In this document: in pieces, positions 25,381 through 37,145 of the stretch
Layout of the letters: every line of letters starts with the position of its first letter
Position numbering within the stretch: the stretch's first letter is position 1
Assembly (NCBI GenBank): GCA_964187785.1
Contig: OZ076409.1
Location: 57,910,001-57,974,000 of the forward strand
DNA: 64,000 nucleotides
Direction of reading: 5' to 3'
Source: Amphiscolops sp. MND2022
Lineage: Eukaryota
Notes under the pieces: generated by a model
The model's input: the letters and a program-made list of their open reading frames with translations, nothing else
Database searches by the model: none
Told to the model about the DNA's origin: nothing
Program-made: the position numbers and the translations under genes

Positions 25381-27663
25381 CGCAGCTACTTCGCTTTTAG
25401 TCCTCTCCCGTCCCGTCCCGTCTTGTCGCACCAAAGCAGCAGCCAAGGCAGCAGCCGACCAACCAGTTAGCTCAGCCAACCAGCCAGCCAGCCAACCACA
25501 GCCCAGAAACGCGCCGTTTCCTGCTATCCTCACTCTATCCCGCTTCTACCACACGATCCGCTCGCTCTCGGCTCTACAACCAGCGCTGAACAAACCCCGA
25601 AACACAAACGGAAGCGAACCCGAATCGAACCGAATCGTCACAGATCAGCCAAGAAAAATGACGTCATTGACGTTGAGCTGTGTTCTTCAGTTTTCTGCCT
25701 TGTCTTCTTTTCTTCTCGACAGTTGGAAGCAAGACAGAGAGAAGACTTGAAAGAAGAAGAAAAGAGAAGAATGGCTGTTTGCCGGGAGAAGGCAAAGAGG
25801 GAATTGACTTGATTTAATTTTTGTCGGAAAAGATGAGAGGAAAATGAAAGGGAAAAGGGACAAGTATGGATGCTGTTGCCTGCACGAAGTGTAAGGATGG
25901 TGATGACGGTGGTGGCTACCAACGCACGCGATCGCGGCCGCCACTGCCAGCCACCTAGGTGATCAGAGGGAGCTCTAACCGAGGCAACTCCACAACAACA
26001 ACCACTACTACTACTACTGCCACAGTAGTACTAGAAGTATAAGTATTAGAGTAGTACAAGAACAGAGGTCCTCCTAGAGACTCAGCCACGGTCACGGCCA
26101 CGGCCGGCTTGCATTCCACACCAGTAGCTGGGATGCTTTTTTACTGTAGCTCTTCTTTACTCGGTCGGTCGTGGGACCTTGGAGAAAAGTGCCGAAGAGA
26201 CAGAAAGGAGAGAAGAGTAAAGAACTACAATCGGTGGTCTTAAAGGAACAAAAAAGAAAAAAGACAAAAAAGAAGAAAGAAAACGACAAAGACAACCAAA
26301 TGACGCTACTATTTGATAACTGCTGTTGTTTAACCGCTTCAAAGAACTTCACAAAATGTAGTCTTTTGTTTAGTATGTTTTTTATCCACTTGCATATATC
26401 TCAACAACACTAACCGACGACCCCCGCCCCCCTAAATACACCCCGACTGGTCCCGGCAAGTCTGTCGCATCGGTTCAATGAAATTCCAAAGACAACTTCA
26501 ACAGCGCGCTGATTATACCTTTCAACTTTAATTACAGGTCAAGCGGCCTTGTAGCAAAAATATTAATTTTTCTCTTGCTTTCCCGCCAAAAAATCTGCTG
26601 GCATATGTATCAACGATCCAGTACAACTGTCCCGTCTGATACGGTGTAATTGCAATCCAACATGGTCCTACTATTCCGGCAACCGCGATGTTCGTTTTTT
26701 TCCGAACAATTGTTTTGGATCAAAAAGTTATGCTGTTATCCAGAAATGAAAAAGTTGCAACAACTAAGAAGCTTGACGTTCATCCATGTACGTAAGAGCC
26801 AGTATTGATAAAAATTTAATGTACCGTTTAGAGTAGTCGAGTTAAGATACATGGATGATTAGATTTTTATTCAGCAAAAAAATTAAAGTTAGAAAAAATC
26901 ATTTTCACTTCAAAGACCGCGTCGATCAGTGCCAAGTATACGGCTGAGTGACAACATATATAGTTAAATATATCAACTTAGAGGCAGCAAATACAAGCAA
27001 CAATATAACTAGTGGAAAAATATATTTCGTGTAACAAACAAAATTGAGAGGCAAATTATTGTGAATTTTGTTGATTTTTGCTTGATAGCCCCAGGCAATC
27101 GAAAACCATTTGAGCACGCATGAAAGGAGAATAATAGCTTTTTAACTTCTTTCATCCACAGACTGCATGTCTTACGCAATTTTTTGAAATTAGAGAGAAT
27201 TGCAAGATTAAACGACCCGTTCTGCTTAGAAGGTATGATCTCGGCTCCAGTTAGTTTCAGCAATCTTGCCAGTAATTGTTTTCCTTGTTTTTGCCTCACT
27301 CAACAATTACAAGCAATTACGTAAAAATCACCAACTCTTACATTCACTTTCGCCTGAAACTATGCAAAACAAATTTTGTTGTATTTCCAAAAAATCAGTT
27401 TTAAAAACATGCAAAGATATCAAGGAGAAAAGGAAGCACTAACAAATCAATTTTCACACACGGAATGGATAAGTTTGACGACAATGATTGCTTCCATATA
27501 CAATCTTTTTTGTAATGTGTCATCATTTTCACGGACGTTTCACAAAAATATACTCTCGATTAATTTGCACATGAGGTACAAAAACGTAAACGTGCAATGA
27601 TTGGTTGATAAATTGATGAGTAGTACATTGATCGATTGATTGAACAATTTTCTTACTGATTCA

Positions 27664-28689
27664 TTACACTTGCGATAAGCAAGTGTTATGGGAAAGTGCG
27701 GGTGCTTTTTTTCCGCGCGACAACTCTCTGATTTCACGCGGCAACTCGCACGTTTCACGCGTTCGTGGCCTAGTGGTAAGATGCTTGCTTTTCAACCCAG
27801 AGGTTTCGTGTTCGAATCCGTGGGTATGCGCTAATTTTTTACAAGTATTCCGAAGCAGAAGGTTCTGACTTTTTTCGGCACTATGAGACTTTTCGGCTTT
27901 GTGAGACTTTTTTTCGGCTTTGTGAGACTTTTTTTTCGAAATTTTTTAAATGTCCCCAAAGAGTCCTCCTTTCAATTTTTTTTGATATTTTGCAAGAGAA
28001 CGAATGTTAATAAATCCCAAAGGGTCCCTTTTTTTCAGAATTTTCGGCACTATGAGACTGTTCAAAATTCTAATTTTTTTTTCAAAAATTTTTTTACTCC
28101 CTTATTTTTTTCAAAAATTTTTTAATGTCCCCAAAGCGTCCTCCTTTCAATTTTTTGATATCTTGCAACAGAACGAATGTTATAAAATCCTAAAGGGTCC
28201 CTTTTTCACATTTTTCGGCACTATGCGACTTAGCGGAAACTTCAAAAAAAATCGGAAAATTTTTTCTCAATTTTTAGTTTTATAAGACCGTTTTTTTAAA
28301 GACCGATCTTTTTTCTATGCGACTTTTTTAAACTTTGTTTTCACCGAAGCCCCTGCTCAATTTTTACAAGAAACGAAACGTTTTGCGAGAGGACTCCTCA
28401 AGGCTTTGCGACTTACCGGAGACCATTAAATGTTTTCGAAAAATTTTGAATTTTTTCTCTTCTATTTTTTGTTTAAGGTTTTCCGTTGGGAAAGAATGGG
28501 TTTTTTGCTGTTTTCAGTTGGGGAAGAATGGTTTTCGAGGCTTACGCGTATCCCTTTGGGTATTTTTGGCGCTGTAAAATTGATGAAATTTTAATCTCCT
28601 TTTATCCTTGGTTTTCCGTATGATACTGCTTATTTGGTTTTCTTCAAAAGTTCGCAAGTGTTTGCGAAGCACGGCTTCGCCTCTGTGTT
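27664..28689 (+). mobile_element. Helentron-associated (HINE/DINE-like) non-autonomous element
   Basis: Subterminal inverted repeat ACACTTGCGA (27666-27675) / TCGCAAGTGT (28652-28661). 3' hairpin GCGAAGC-acg-GCTTCGC (28664-28680). T-rich flanks and internal subrepeats. Confidence 0.55.
27758..27830 (+). pseudogene. tRNA-like (possibly Glu-TTC-derived) cassette inside the repeat
   Basis: A box TGGCCTAGTGG (27766-27776), B box GTTCGAATCC (27810-27819), degenerate stems, T6 run at 27835-27840. Confidence 0.55.
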
Positions 28690-28699
28690 CATACAAGGT

Positions 28700-30330
28700 T
28701 GAAATGAATGATTATAACATTCTTCATCTCAGCCTCGTAGTTGATCTTTGGATCGGAGTATGAGTTTCTTGACTCCTTCTGTTGTTGAGAAAATCCTGAG
28801 AACAATAACTTGTAATTCCGTCCTAATTCGGAAGATGTTATATCGACTTCACCAGAAAAATGCAAAGCCACCTGATGTTGATTATGGCGGTGTTCAAGCG
28901 AACTGTTGTCCACGGGCCCACAAATTGACGACCAGAGAATGATCGTCTACACCATTCAACCACTTTTGGATAACCTAAAAAAACGTGAAACCTTGAATTG
29001 CGATGGAACGTTTGAAGCTGTGCAACTTCTAACATACCAACTCTACACCATTCACGAGTTGGTTGGCCATATAGCTCCGCCATTACTATTTACATTGTTA
29101 CCTAATAACAACTCAGGAACGAGAAAAATCGGCGTTTTATCCAAGGCTCAAACAGCTCAAAATTTTCAAAATTGTAAGAGGGGGACCCTTTGGGCTTTTT
29201 GAAACTTCAGTTTGTTGTAAAATATGAAAAGAAAGAGGGGACCCTTAGGAGACAATAAATAATTTTGAAGAAAAAACAAGAATCGAGAATTTGAACAGTT
29301 TCACTGTGCCGAAAAAAAAGGACCCTTTGTGTTCTTCATTATACATTCTATTGCAGAATTCAATGGGGAACTTTAGTGCATTCCAAAACTTTTCTCATAG
29401 TATCGAAAATAACTCAAGTGAAAACGACCAAGCTAGCCAAAAGGCGCTCCTTAGTATGTTTTCGAAGTTCTGTTCGTCTGTTGTTTTGGTTTGAACGAGG
29501 TTCTGACGTTTCATGTATGTTTTGAATGTCCGTAGTTCAAGTTGTTGTAGTTGAACAAATGAACAAAACATGGATCTTCTGAAAAAAAATCCAACTGTCA
29601 CAGTCGGGCAGTGTTTTTCAAAAGAGCTCCGATTGAAAACACACTGTGCTATGACACAATTTTGCACTACTGGTGCTGTTCAAAAATTTTGCTCTTAAAC
29701 ATGTCCGAAGGTCAGCTTGACCGATTTCGAGAAAGCAACTATCGACACGTTTGGCAAATCGTTTCCCCTAGCAACCCTCGGTGGTTGCCAATTTTTATCT
29801 ACCTCAAGCAAAAGCTCAAGCGGAATTTGAACGAATAAGGATTGAAACACAATTAGAACAACGAAAACATTTCCTAATACGAGTGAAGTTTTTGCAAGCT
29901 CTGAGCTTCATGTCCGAACTATACTATTGTTATACTTTTAGTATGAGTGCAGTAGTTTTTCAACCAGTATTTTATGAGTGCTTCAAACTGCTTAGTTGCA
30001 ACTTTGAAGACGATGAATTAACTGTGCTCAATTGTTTTGAACGCGTACTTATATCGACACAAACGATTCTCAATCAAAAGAAAGACTGCAGCAGCAGAAT
30101 AGATTTGAATTTTCAAAATTGCGAAACGAATCACTGCGGAGGTTGGCATGCCAGATTGAATTCAGTTTGCTATGGCAGTAATCAAATGAAATCAAAGATG
30201 GGTCTGGTCCGTTTGGATTCAAGTAATTACCAAACCGGCGGCAAACGAAAACTGAGTTCGTATGTAAAAATTCCACAAAAAGCTGCAAAACCTTTGCCGG
30301 AGCAAAGTACCAAACTCAGATGACAAAAAA
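28700..30330 (+). pseudogene. MULE (Mutator-like) transposase relic, interrupted by a repeat insertion
   Basis: CDGTF...YQLYTIH...P.LFTLLPN at ~28995-29105 and TNHCGGWHARLN at ~30125-30165 resemble MULE DDE-domain motifs. Many stops. Confidence 0.65.
29107..29640 (-). repeat. Reverse-oriented copy of the interspersed repeat family, inserted in the MULE relic
   Basis: Begins with a sequence homologous to the reverse complement of 1975-2018. The right boundary is approximate. Confidence 0.5.
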
Positions 30331-32915
30331 TAGAGCTTGAAATCGTTTGCAAATCTTTTTTCAAAATGTCTTGAAAGTGTTTTTTTGTGAGTTTGTGACT
30401 TTATTCATAATTCATATCGATTAGAAGATTTGAATTTCGAGATTATATCCAAAACATTCATATTACGAACTTTACAGGTGGTTACATTCTCCCCCACAGC
30501 AGATTTTTCTCAATTCCTGCTTCGATTGCTCTCGGAACTGAGTGATCTGTCCTTCGTAGTGTTTGTCAGTCCTTCAAAATTTTATGACCAAAGTCAGTAA
30601 ACCATCATTGGTACGAGAACTTTTTCCGGATAAAGTTGAAAATCGGAGGCTTTGTATTACTTTTTTCCGTTATACAAAACAAGACAATGAAAAATTTCAT
30701 CATAACTGCTTCATTAACATTTTTTCTTATCAATTTGTTTCATCAGGTAGCAATGCATTGTAAACATTTATCGAAAAAAATCATTGTGTCAATTCAAACT
30801 CCCAAAAAAATTAAAAAAATTGAATCTCGTTAGAACATGAAAAAATTCAGGTTGATTCAAGCTTTCACTGTGCTTTTTGTTTACTCACTTTTTCTCATAC
30901 GCTTACCAAGTGACTCACTTACGATTGACTTTACGCGAGGTGTATTACGACGAAAGTTCTCACGTCGAACTTCCCGACGATGAATTTTTTGACGACGAAA
31001 TTTCCGGTTTGCAGCTGTAAATCTGCTTGTTATGAAAATATTTTTGGAGTGGCTTCAAGATTCTTGTAAAAAAGTGTCAATTGATTCGGAAACAGTTTCT
31101 TACTAGTCTCGAACGTTTCCCTTGACACCTTTTCGTTGCCTACTTGCAATTCTCAGGAGAAGTTTTTGCTTTGAGAATTCACGACTGAAATTATCACAGC
31201 AGAAACAAAATCTTGTTTTGAATCGGCACTTTTTGCAGAACCAAAATGCCCGTCTCTTACAATATTTCTTTTTTTTCTTCAGACCACAGACCTCACACTG
31301 AAAAGTCCACTTTCCACCGAATTTCTGAATTTGAAAACAAAATTGAAACCGAAATAGTTCGTCCACTCAATTTTTGGTTTTAATGGTTTTCTGTTAAAGA
31401 AATTAGTTTTCGAAGCCTTAAGGGTTATAATTTTGGTTGTTTTTGGGAACTGTGTGATTGTTAAGAGCCTTCTTATACCTCTGGAAAAAACCTACAGTTG
31501 TTTCGACATTCAGTGAACTTTTTCGACGTTGTGAGAAAAACTGGAATTTCAGTTAGAAAAAGGTTTGAGTCTTATGAGTATCCATTCGGGTACTTTTTGG
31601 CTCTGTAAATGTGATACAATTTTGACAATAGTGTACCTTTCTAATTTGTAAAAAGTCTTTCCTTGAGAAGTGCTTGGGACTATGAGACTTTGTTTAAAAG
31701 AAAAAAGACGAATATTTGAACATATAAGTTTTCCTGATGTTTTCAGTTTAGAAAAAGTTTTTCAAGTCTCAAAAATATCCCATGGGTATTTTTTGGCACT
31801 GTAAGATAATCGAAAAGTTCAATAGTTGGCCCCTGAATTTTCCAAAAACGTTACTCTTTTTGAATTTTTTGCGTGGCGCCTACTTGGACCGTTCCCGGTC
31901 TGTTCAAAACTTGTATCGAAGCATAGACATCACAGATCAAATGTGACAGACAATATGCGACGTAGCATGGTCAAAAATGAAAACTATTTATTTTGCTGAA
32001 GTTTCGAATGATTTCGAGTTGTTTTTTAAATTAAAAAAGTCTGAAACAAACTTTTGTCACAAGTTTGAGAAAAATGTGATAACTATTGGGGATAATTAGT
32101 ATGATCATGTTTGCATTTTTCATTAGGCAGTATTTTAAACCCTATAATGAACTAAAAATTCCAACGTTATGTTTCTTGTTGTGGCTATATGGAATGACAA
32201 TTTACTTTTAAAAAGATTTTCGAAAGTTTTTTGTATCTGAGGATCAAGACTAAACTGACTATTCTGGGATCTTATTGACCAAGTTTGCCAAACTAACAAT
32301 TCATCTGACTTCGATTACCGAGCAGAATGACTGAAACAATAGGTTTCTTCGAGAGTTGCTTGTTTACGAAAAGTTCTATATTTCTTGGAAACTGAAAATT
32401 GGGAACATCTTGGTCTGAAATCATCCTTTCATAATAATAAACCGTACATAACATTTTTCAATGAGAAAAGTGAAAGAAAGGGTACGATGAAACAACTATT
32501 GCACCCATTTTGCAACAATTGGGTATTTTCTTCCGACTATAAAAAATATTATGATGACTTTTATATGGAAACATACTTTTCTTGTTCAACTATTCAAAAA
32601 CCTTTGATATTTTCCAGTGTTTCTATTTTTGAGTGTTTCAAAACCTCTACGAATTTCGGAATGCACGTACTTCAAAACTAGATCAAACTCCTTCGATGTA
32701 TACAATCAAAATCAGCTCAACATTTACTTCTGCGCTTGAATGCAATAAGATTATAGTAGTAAGCGAATTCCCGTTCCTGATATAAGAAAAAATTTAAGTT
32801 TGTAAAACCATTGAAAAATTAATCTTTTTTCACAAAATACCAATCAAATCATTAAAAATTAGCCTTTTTTCACAACTAAAAAAAATTAACAAAATTGATG
32901 AAAAATAACTATTAA

Positions 32916-33311
32916 ATGAATTATTTATCATTCAAAGAATTTGTTAATAAATATGGATTAAAAAATGAAGCAACTTCCAATGTAGAAATAAAAGAAATCC
33001 TAAAACTCATGAACACATCTTGTGGAATATATATGAGAGATGATAAATTTATAACCACCAGTGGTATAGTTAACTTACATCCAACTAAAGGAACACATTG
33101 GGTTATGTTTACAAACCAAAACTATTTCGATTCATATGGCTGTCCACCACCACTAAATATAACAAAACAAATTAATAATGGTATCTATTCAGAATATCAA
33201 ATCCAGAAAGACGACAGTTATTGTGCAGCATATTGTTTGTATGTGTTGTATCTCACAAATATAATTGGCTTCAAAAATGCAGTTTTAAATTTATACTACC
33301 AAAATTTATAA
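32916..33311 (+). CDS. Adenain-like cysteine (maturation) protease, left arm, intact
   Basis: GTHWV...YFDSYG...QIQ...YCAAYC motifs (His/Asp/Gln/Cys) typical of Maverick PRO. Confidence 0.88.
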   Translation: MNYLSFKEFVNKYGLKNEATSNVEIKEILKLMNTSCGIYMRDDKFITTSGIVNLHPTKGTHWVMFTNQNYFDSYGCPPPLNITKQINNGIYSEYQIQKDDSYCAAYCLYVLYLTNIIGFKNAVLNLYYQNL

Positions 33312-33318
33312 TTCCTAA

Positions 33319-33501
33319 ATGAAGAAAATAAATAATTATTCAGCTCAATTTGAAATTATTCAAAAACCAATGAATACCAATGAGAATCAATTTGATGAGA
33401 AAATAATAGAAAAAAATAATCAAAAAAAGAAATTATCAAAACAAAACCAAGAATTCATAAATAGGATATCCGCAAGTGGATTTAAACAATTTTTCTCCTA
33501 A
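33319..33501 (+). CDS. Small hypothetical Maverick ORF (60 aa)
   Basis: Packed tightly between PRO and the minor capsid gene. Its ATG is mutated in the right-arm copy (~40610-40792). Confidence 0.4.
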   Translation: MKKINNYSAQFEIIQKPMNTNENQFDEKIIEKNNQKKKLSKQNQEFINRISASGFKQFFS

Positions 33502-33504
33502 TAA

Positions 33505-34551
33505 ATGGATCTATCAAATTTTGTAACCTATGATAAAAAAGAATCTTTTTTGTTGAGTATTGCAAAATCTAATCAAGAAATTGATGAAAATACACATTCT
33601 AAACCACAAGAAACTCTAGAATTTAAAATGAATTAACAGAAGAATCTTTTTCATTTGATATTCCTTTGGAATTGCCTGAACAATGCATGATGGGAGTAAC
33701 AAGTTTAGAAGTATATAACACTGTATATAACATTACTGAAAAGAATAATAAAATTAAACTTTTTGAAACAGACAAAATGTTAAAAGAATATAAAGTTGCC
33801 ACTGAATTTATGTCAAAGATAAAAAAAATATATGAAACCTCCGGCAATAAAGGAATTTCTAATATAGAAGAAATTAAAAAACTTATAAATGATGATTATT
33901 TTAAAAAGGTTACACTTTCTGAAAATTATTATGACAATTTAAATAAAATAATTGATCAAATTAACCAAAATATTAAAGATAAAACAAAAATTATTGTTCT
34001 TGAAGAATATAGAATTGTAACTGATTGCTTGGAAATAGAAATACCACCAGGAGCATATGAATTAATCGATATAAATAATGCCATCCAACAAGAACTTATT
34101 AATTCTTGTAGTTCTGGTCCTGATCCTAAGTTTAAAATCAACATAGAGGCAGATACAATATCAATGAAATCAGTTTTAACAACCTCATATTCCATTTATT
34201 TTCATTCTGAACTTAACACCCTTTTAGGATTTACAAACAAGGGCTACTCAGCAGGAACTCATATATCAGAAAAACCAGTTATGATAACAACCACCGACAA
34301 AGTTCACCTTAAATGTGATTGTGTAGATGGATCAATTGTTAACGGGATTAGAGAACAAATTTTATTTTCTTTTAATCTTAGTGCTCCTCCTGGATATAAA
34401 ATTATAAAAGAACCCAATATTATTTTATATAAAAAAAATTAACAAAACAAGGTTAGATAGTATTCAATTTTTCCTTGAGGATAACAATCATAACCCAGTT
34501 GATTTCAACTCCGAAACATTAACATTTACAATTCAAATCATCAAGATTTAA
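33505..34551 (+). pseudogene. Minor capsid (penton-like) protein, left arm, frameshifted
   Basis: SLEVYNTVYNIT...IPPGAYE...LGF...CDCVDGSIVNG...PPGYKI..EP, and the reconstructed C-terminus LEDNNHNPVDFNSETLTFTIQI, resemble Maverick mCP. Frameshifts near 33630 and 34435. Confidence 0.75.
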
Positions 34552-34563
34552 TCCTGATAAATA

Positions 34564-34963
34564 ATGAGCTTTAGTAAATTTGAAAATAATTCATATTGTG
34601 TTGGTGGAAAACATTATTCCGCTACCACAAATATTCGTGGAGATATTACTCAAAATAAAAAAACAGGAGCACCTGTTAAATTATTAAGAGGTACTTGTTC
34701 AACTTGTAAAAGAAATAAATCACTTATAGTATCTGATCAAACAATTCAAGCAGAGGGATTGGGTAATTTTTTTAAACATTTGGGCTCGGCAGCCAAAAAC
34801 GTTGGAAAGAAAATACTCAATAACCCACGCCGTGCATTGGAAATAGCAGCAAATATTGGAACTGCAGCAGCAAGTAAAAATCCTCGAATGATAGCTGCAA
34901 CTGCTCCTGATATTATAAAATTTGTTCATCAAGGAAGGTCTGTACCTGGGTAAAATTCATTGA
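34564..34963 (+). CDS. Maverick accessory protein: N-terminal YC..CxxC small domain plus amphipathic GLGNFFKHLGSAAKNVGKKIL helix
   Basis: ORF 34564-34953. A small deletion near the 3' end relative to the right arm, whose copy ends GKGLYLGKIH. Confidence 0.6.
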
Positions 34964-35012
34964 TTTACAGCCTTGCTGTAAATTAAATATTATTTTTTAT
35001 GAATAATAAGTT

Positions 35013-35970
35013 ATGTATTCAATTCATAATCGAGATGATTTAGAAAAATTAAAAAAAATTGCAAGAAACAAAATCTTCTTTGAAAGCTGAAAGATTAAAA
35101 GAGAAACTAGGGAAGCAAGACTTTCATTATGATATGGAAGAAGTTTTTGAACCAGTTACTGAAAATCAGAAAAAAAGCCCAAACCAAACCAAGCTAGAAT
35201 CTGAAAAGCAGATTCAAGCACTACGTGATTCTACCCAAACTACAACACAAGCAATACAAGACCAAACTAGAGCAATACAAGAATCGAGTAATACTCTTAA
35301 TAAAAAATTACATAATTCAGTTAAAGAAGGAATACAAGAATATGATAAAATTACAAATCGTAATAATCAAACTGTTACAGATCTTGTTAACTCAAACCAA
35401 GTTGATTCTAGTATCGTTAAGACAGTTTCTAATTTGCTTAATGACAACAACAAAAGTCAATTTAGTTTAGAACCCGTGGAAGGAAGTTCTAATTTATTCA
35501 CAATTAACCCCCATAATCCCCAACAAGTACTAATCAAAGGTTCAACGATGACATTCCAAAATGGTAACACTTATTATTTGAATGATCCGGATCTTTCAAA
35601 GTTTATAACGAATATACAAATAGATAAAATACCACAAAATACGAATATAATTTACAGTTTTTTAAATGATATGAAATATAATATAAATTATGGAGATAAA
35701 AAATCACATAGATATTTTTTTATTAAAGCTATGTTACAACCACAAATAGGAAGTGGATTAAATTTTATTTTCCTTCCATCTGATCCAGATGAACTTGTAG
35801 ATCAATTAAAACTACTTTATTTTGAAAAAGTAGGAGGAAATGATAATCCTATGCTTAATGAACAAATCATAGCAATTGCAGATAAACTTTTACAATACCA
35901 ATGCATTACAACAAATCAACATCAAAACCTAGTAAGCACATTTACTAAAAAGGATCAGTTTGTGGATTAA
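35013..35970 (+). pseudogene. Maverick conserved coiled-coil protein, left arm (5' frameshift in an A-run)
   Basis: Mirror of the intact 318-aa ORF at 38143-39099. Confidence 0.7.
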
Positions 35971-36916
35971 ATATCTGGTATTGCAGATTGGATTCATTAC
36001 ATATCATATACTTACTCCCATTTTTATCTTCTAACCTATTTATTAACAAATAATTATACTTATCCCGCCATGCTTCTTTACACAAACTTTTGAATTCATC
36101 ATAAGACATATCAAAACCAGCTATGTCGGTGTATATATGTTGCACATCTTTCAATGTTTGTTGGAAAAAAAATATAATATTACTATTGTTTCTAATTGTT
36201 CTTTTAGGCAAATCAAAGTATGACTGTGATAAATAATAAACATCTAAATCATTATGTCTTCCTCTAGTAAATATGGATCTATTAATTTCTGTGAAGTGTC
36301 CAACATATCATCAAATACAACACAACAATTTTGAAAATCTTGTATTGTTCTATCTTCTAGATCTTCCTCCACTGAAATACAGCTTTCCTGGCCTTCGGTA
36401 TCTTCTATTTCTGTATTTGTATTCCAGAGGGCAGCTTCGCTGTATTGTCCCGGAGATCTAGTTATTATATGTATTTGTTTTTCTTTATCATATAATCGAA
36501 TTAATTGTAATTTGTTTAATAACAAATGGGTCTTACCACAAAATGATGGGCCAACTATCAATGTCCTATTACAATTATTGTCAATATTATCATTTGTAAG
36601 GATATTATTTGTATAATTATTATTATCATAATTTTCATTATGATTTATAATTTCATTATTTGTGTAATTATTATTATCATGATTGATAATACATCTTTTT
36701 AAATGTTTTGATAATTAAATTTTATTGAATTCCTTATTACAAAATTCACATTTTACTTTTTTTATTGAAACAATCTATACATGTACTGTACAATTTACCA
36801 TTTTTATATTTGTAAAGATCTGTTTTCAATATTTTACACACTTTACATCTTTTTTTATTCTCACAATCGGAACAGACTGATTTTTCATTACATTTTCCAC
36901 AAATTAAACACTTCAT
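35945..36916 (-). pseudogene. A32/FtsK-like packaging ATPase, left arm, frameshifted
   Basis: Mirror of 37146-38168, split into fragments by indels and lacking one 51-bp repeat unit. Confidence 0.85.
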
Positions 36917-36924
36917 TTATTTAG

Positions 36925-37140
36925 TAAAAAATCACTAAATCACTAAGCAAACTCACTAAGAGCATGATGTTTCAAGTGTAACTTATTTGCTTAGTGACAA
37001 AAAAATGCTCTTAGTAAATTTGCTTAGTGATTTTACTAAGAAAATTACTAAGAGCATTTTTTTGTCACTAAGCAAATAAGTTACACTTGAAACATCATGC
37101 TCTTAGTGAATTTGCTTAGTGATTTAGTGATTTTTTACTA
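36925..37140. repeat. Central nested-hairpin region (symmetry axis of the palindrome)
   Basis: Repeated CTTAGTGA/TCACTAAG motifs. Arm pairing extends to 37017/37045 around an imperfect inner stem CTTAGT-gatttt-ACTAAG (37023-37040). Confidence 0.85.
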
Positions 37141-37145
37141 AATAA

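Noticed and set aside
25638..26413. Overlapping short ORFs upstream of TCF
   Set aside because: Low-complexity purine/pyrimidine-biased sequence produces open frames by chance.
27758..27830. Functional tRNA gene
   Set aside because: The anticodon and acceptor stems pair poorly, and it is embedded in a repeat.
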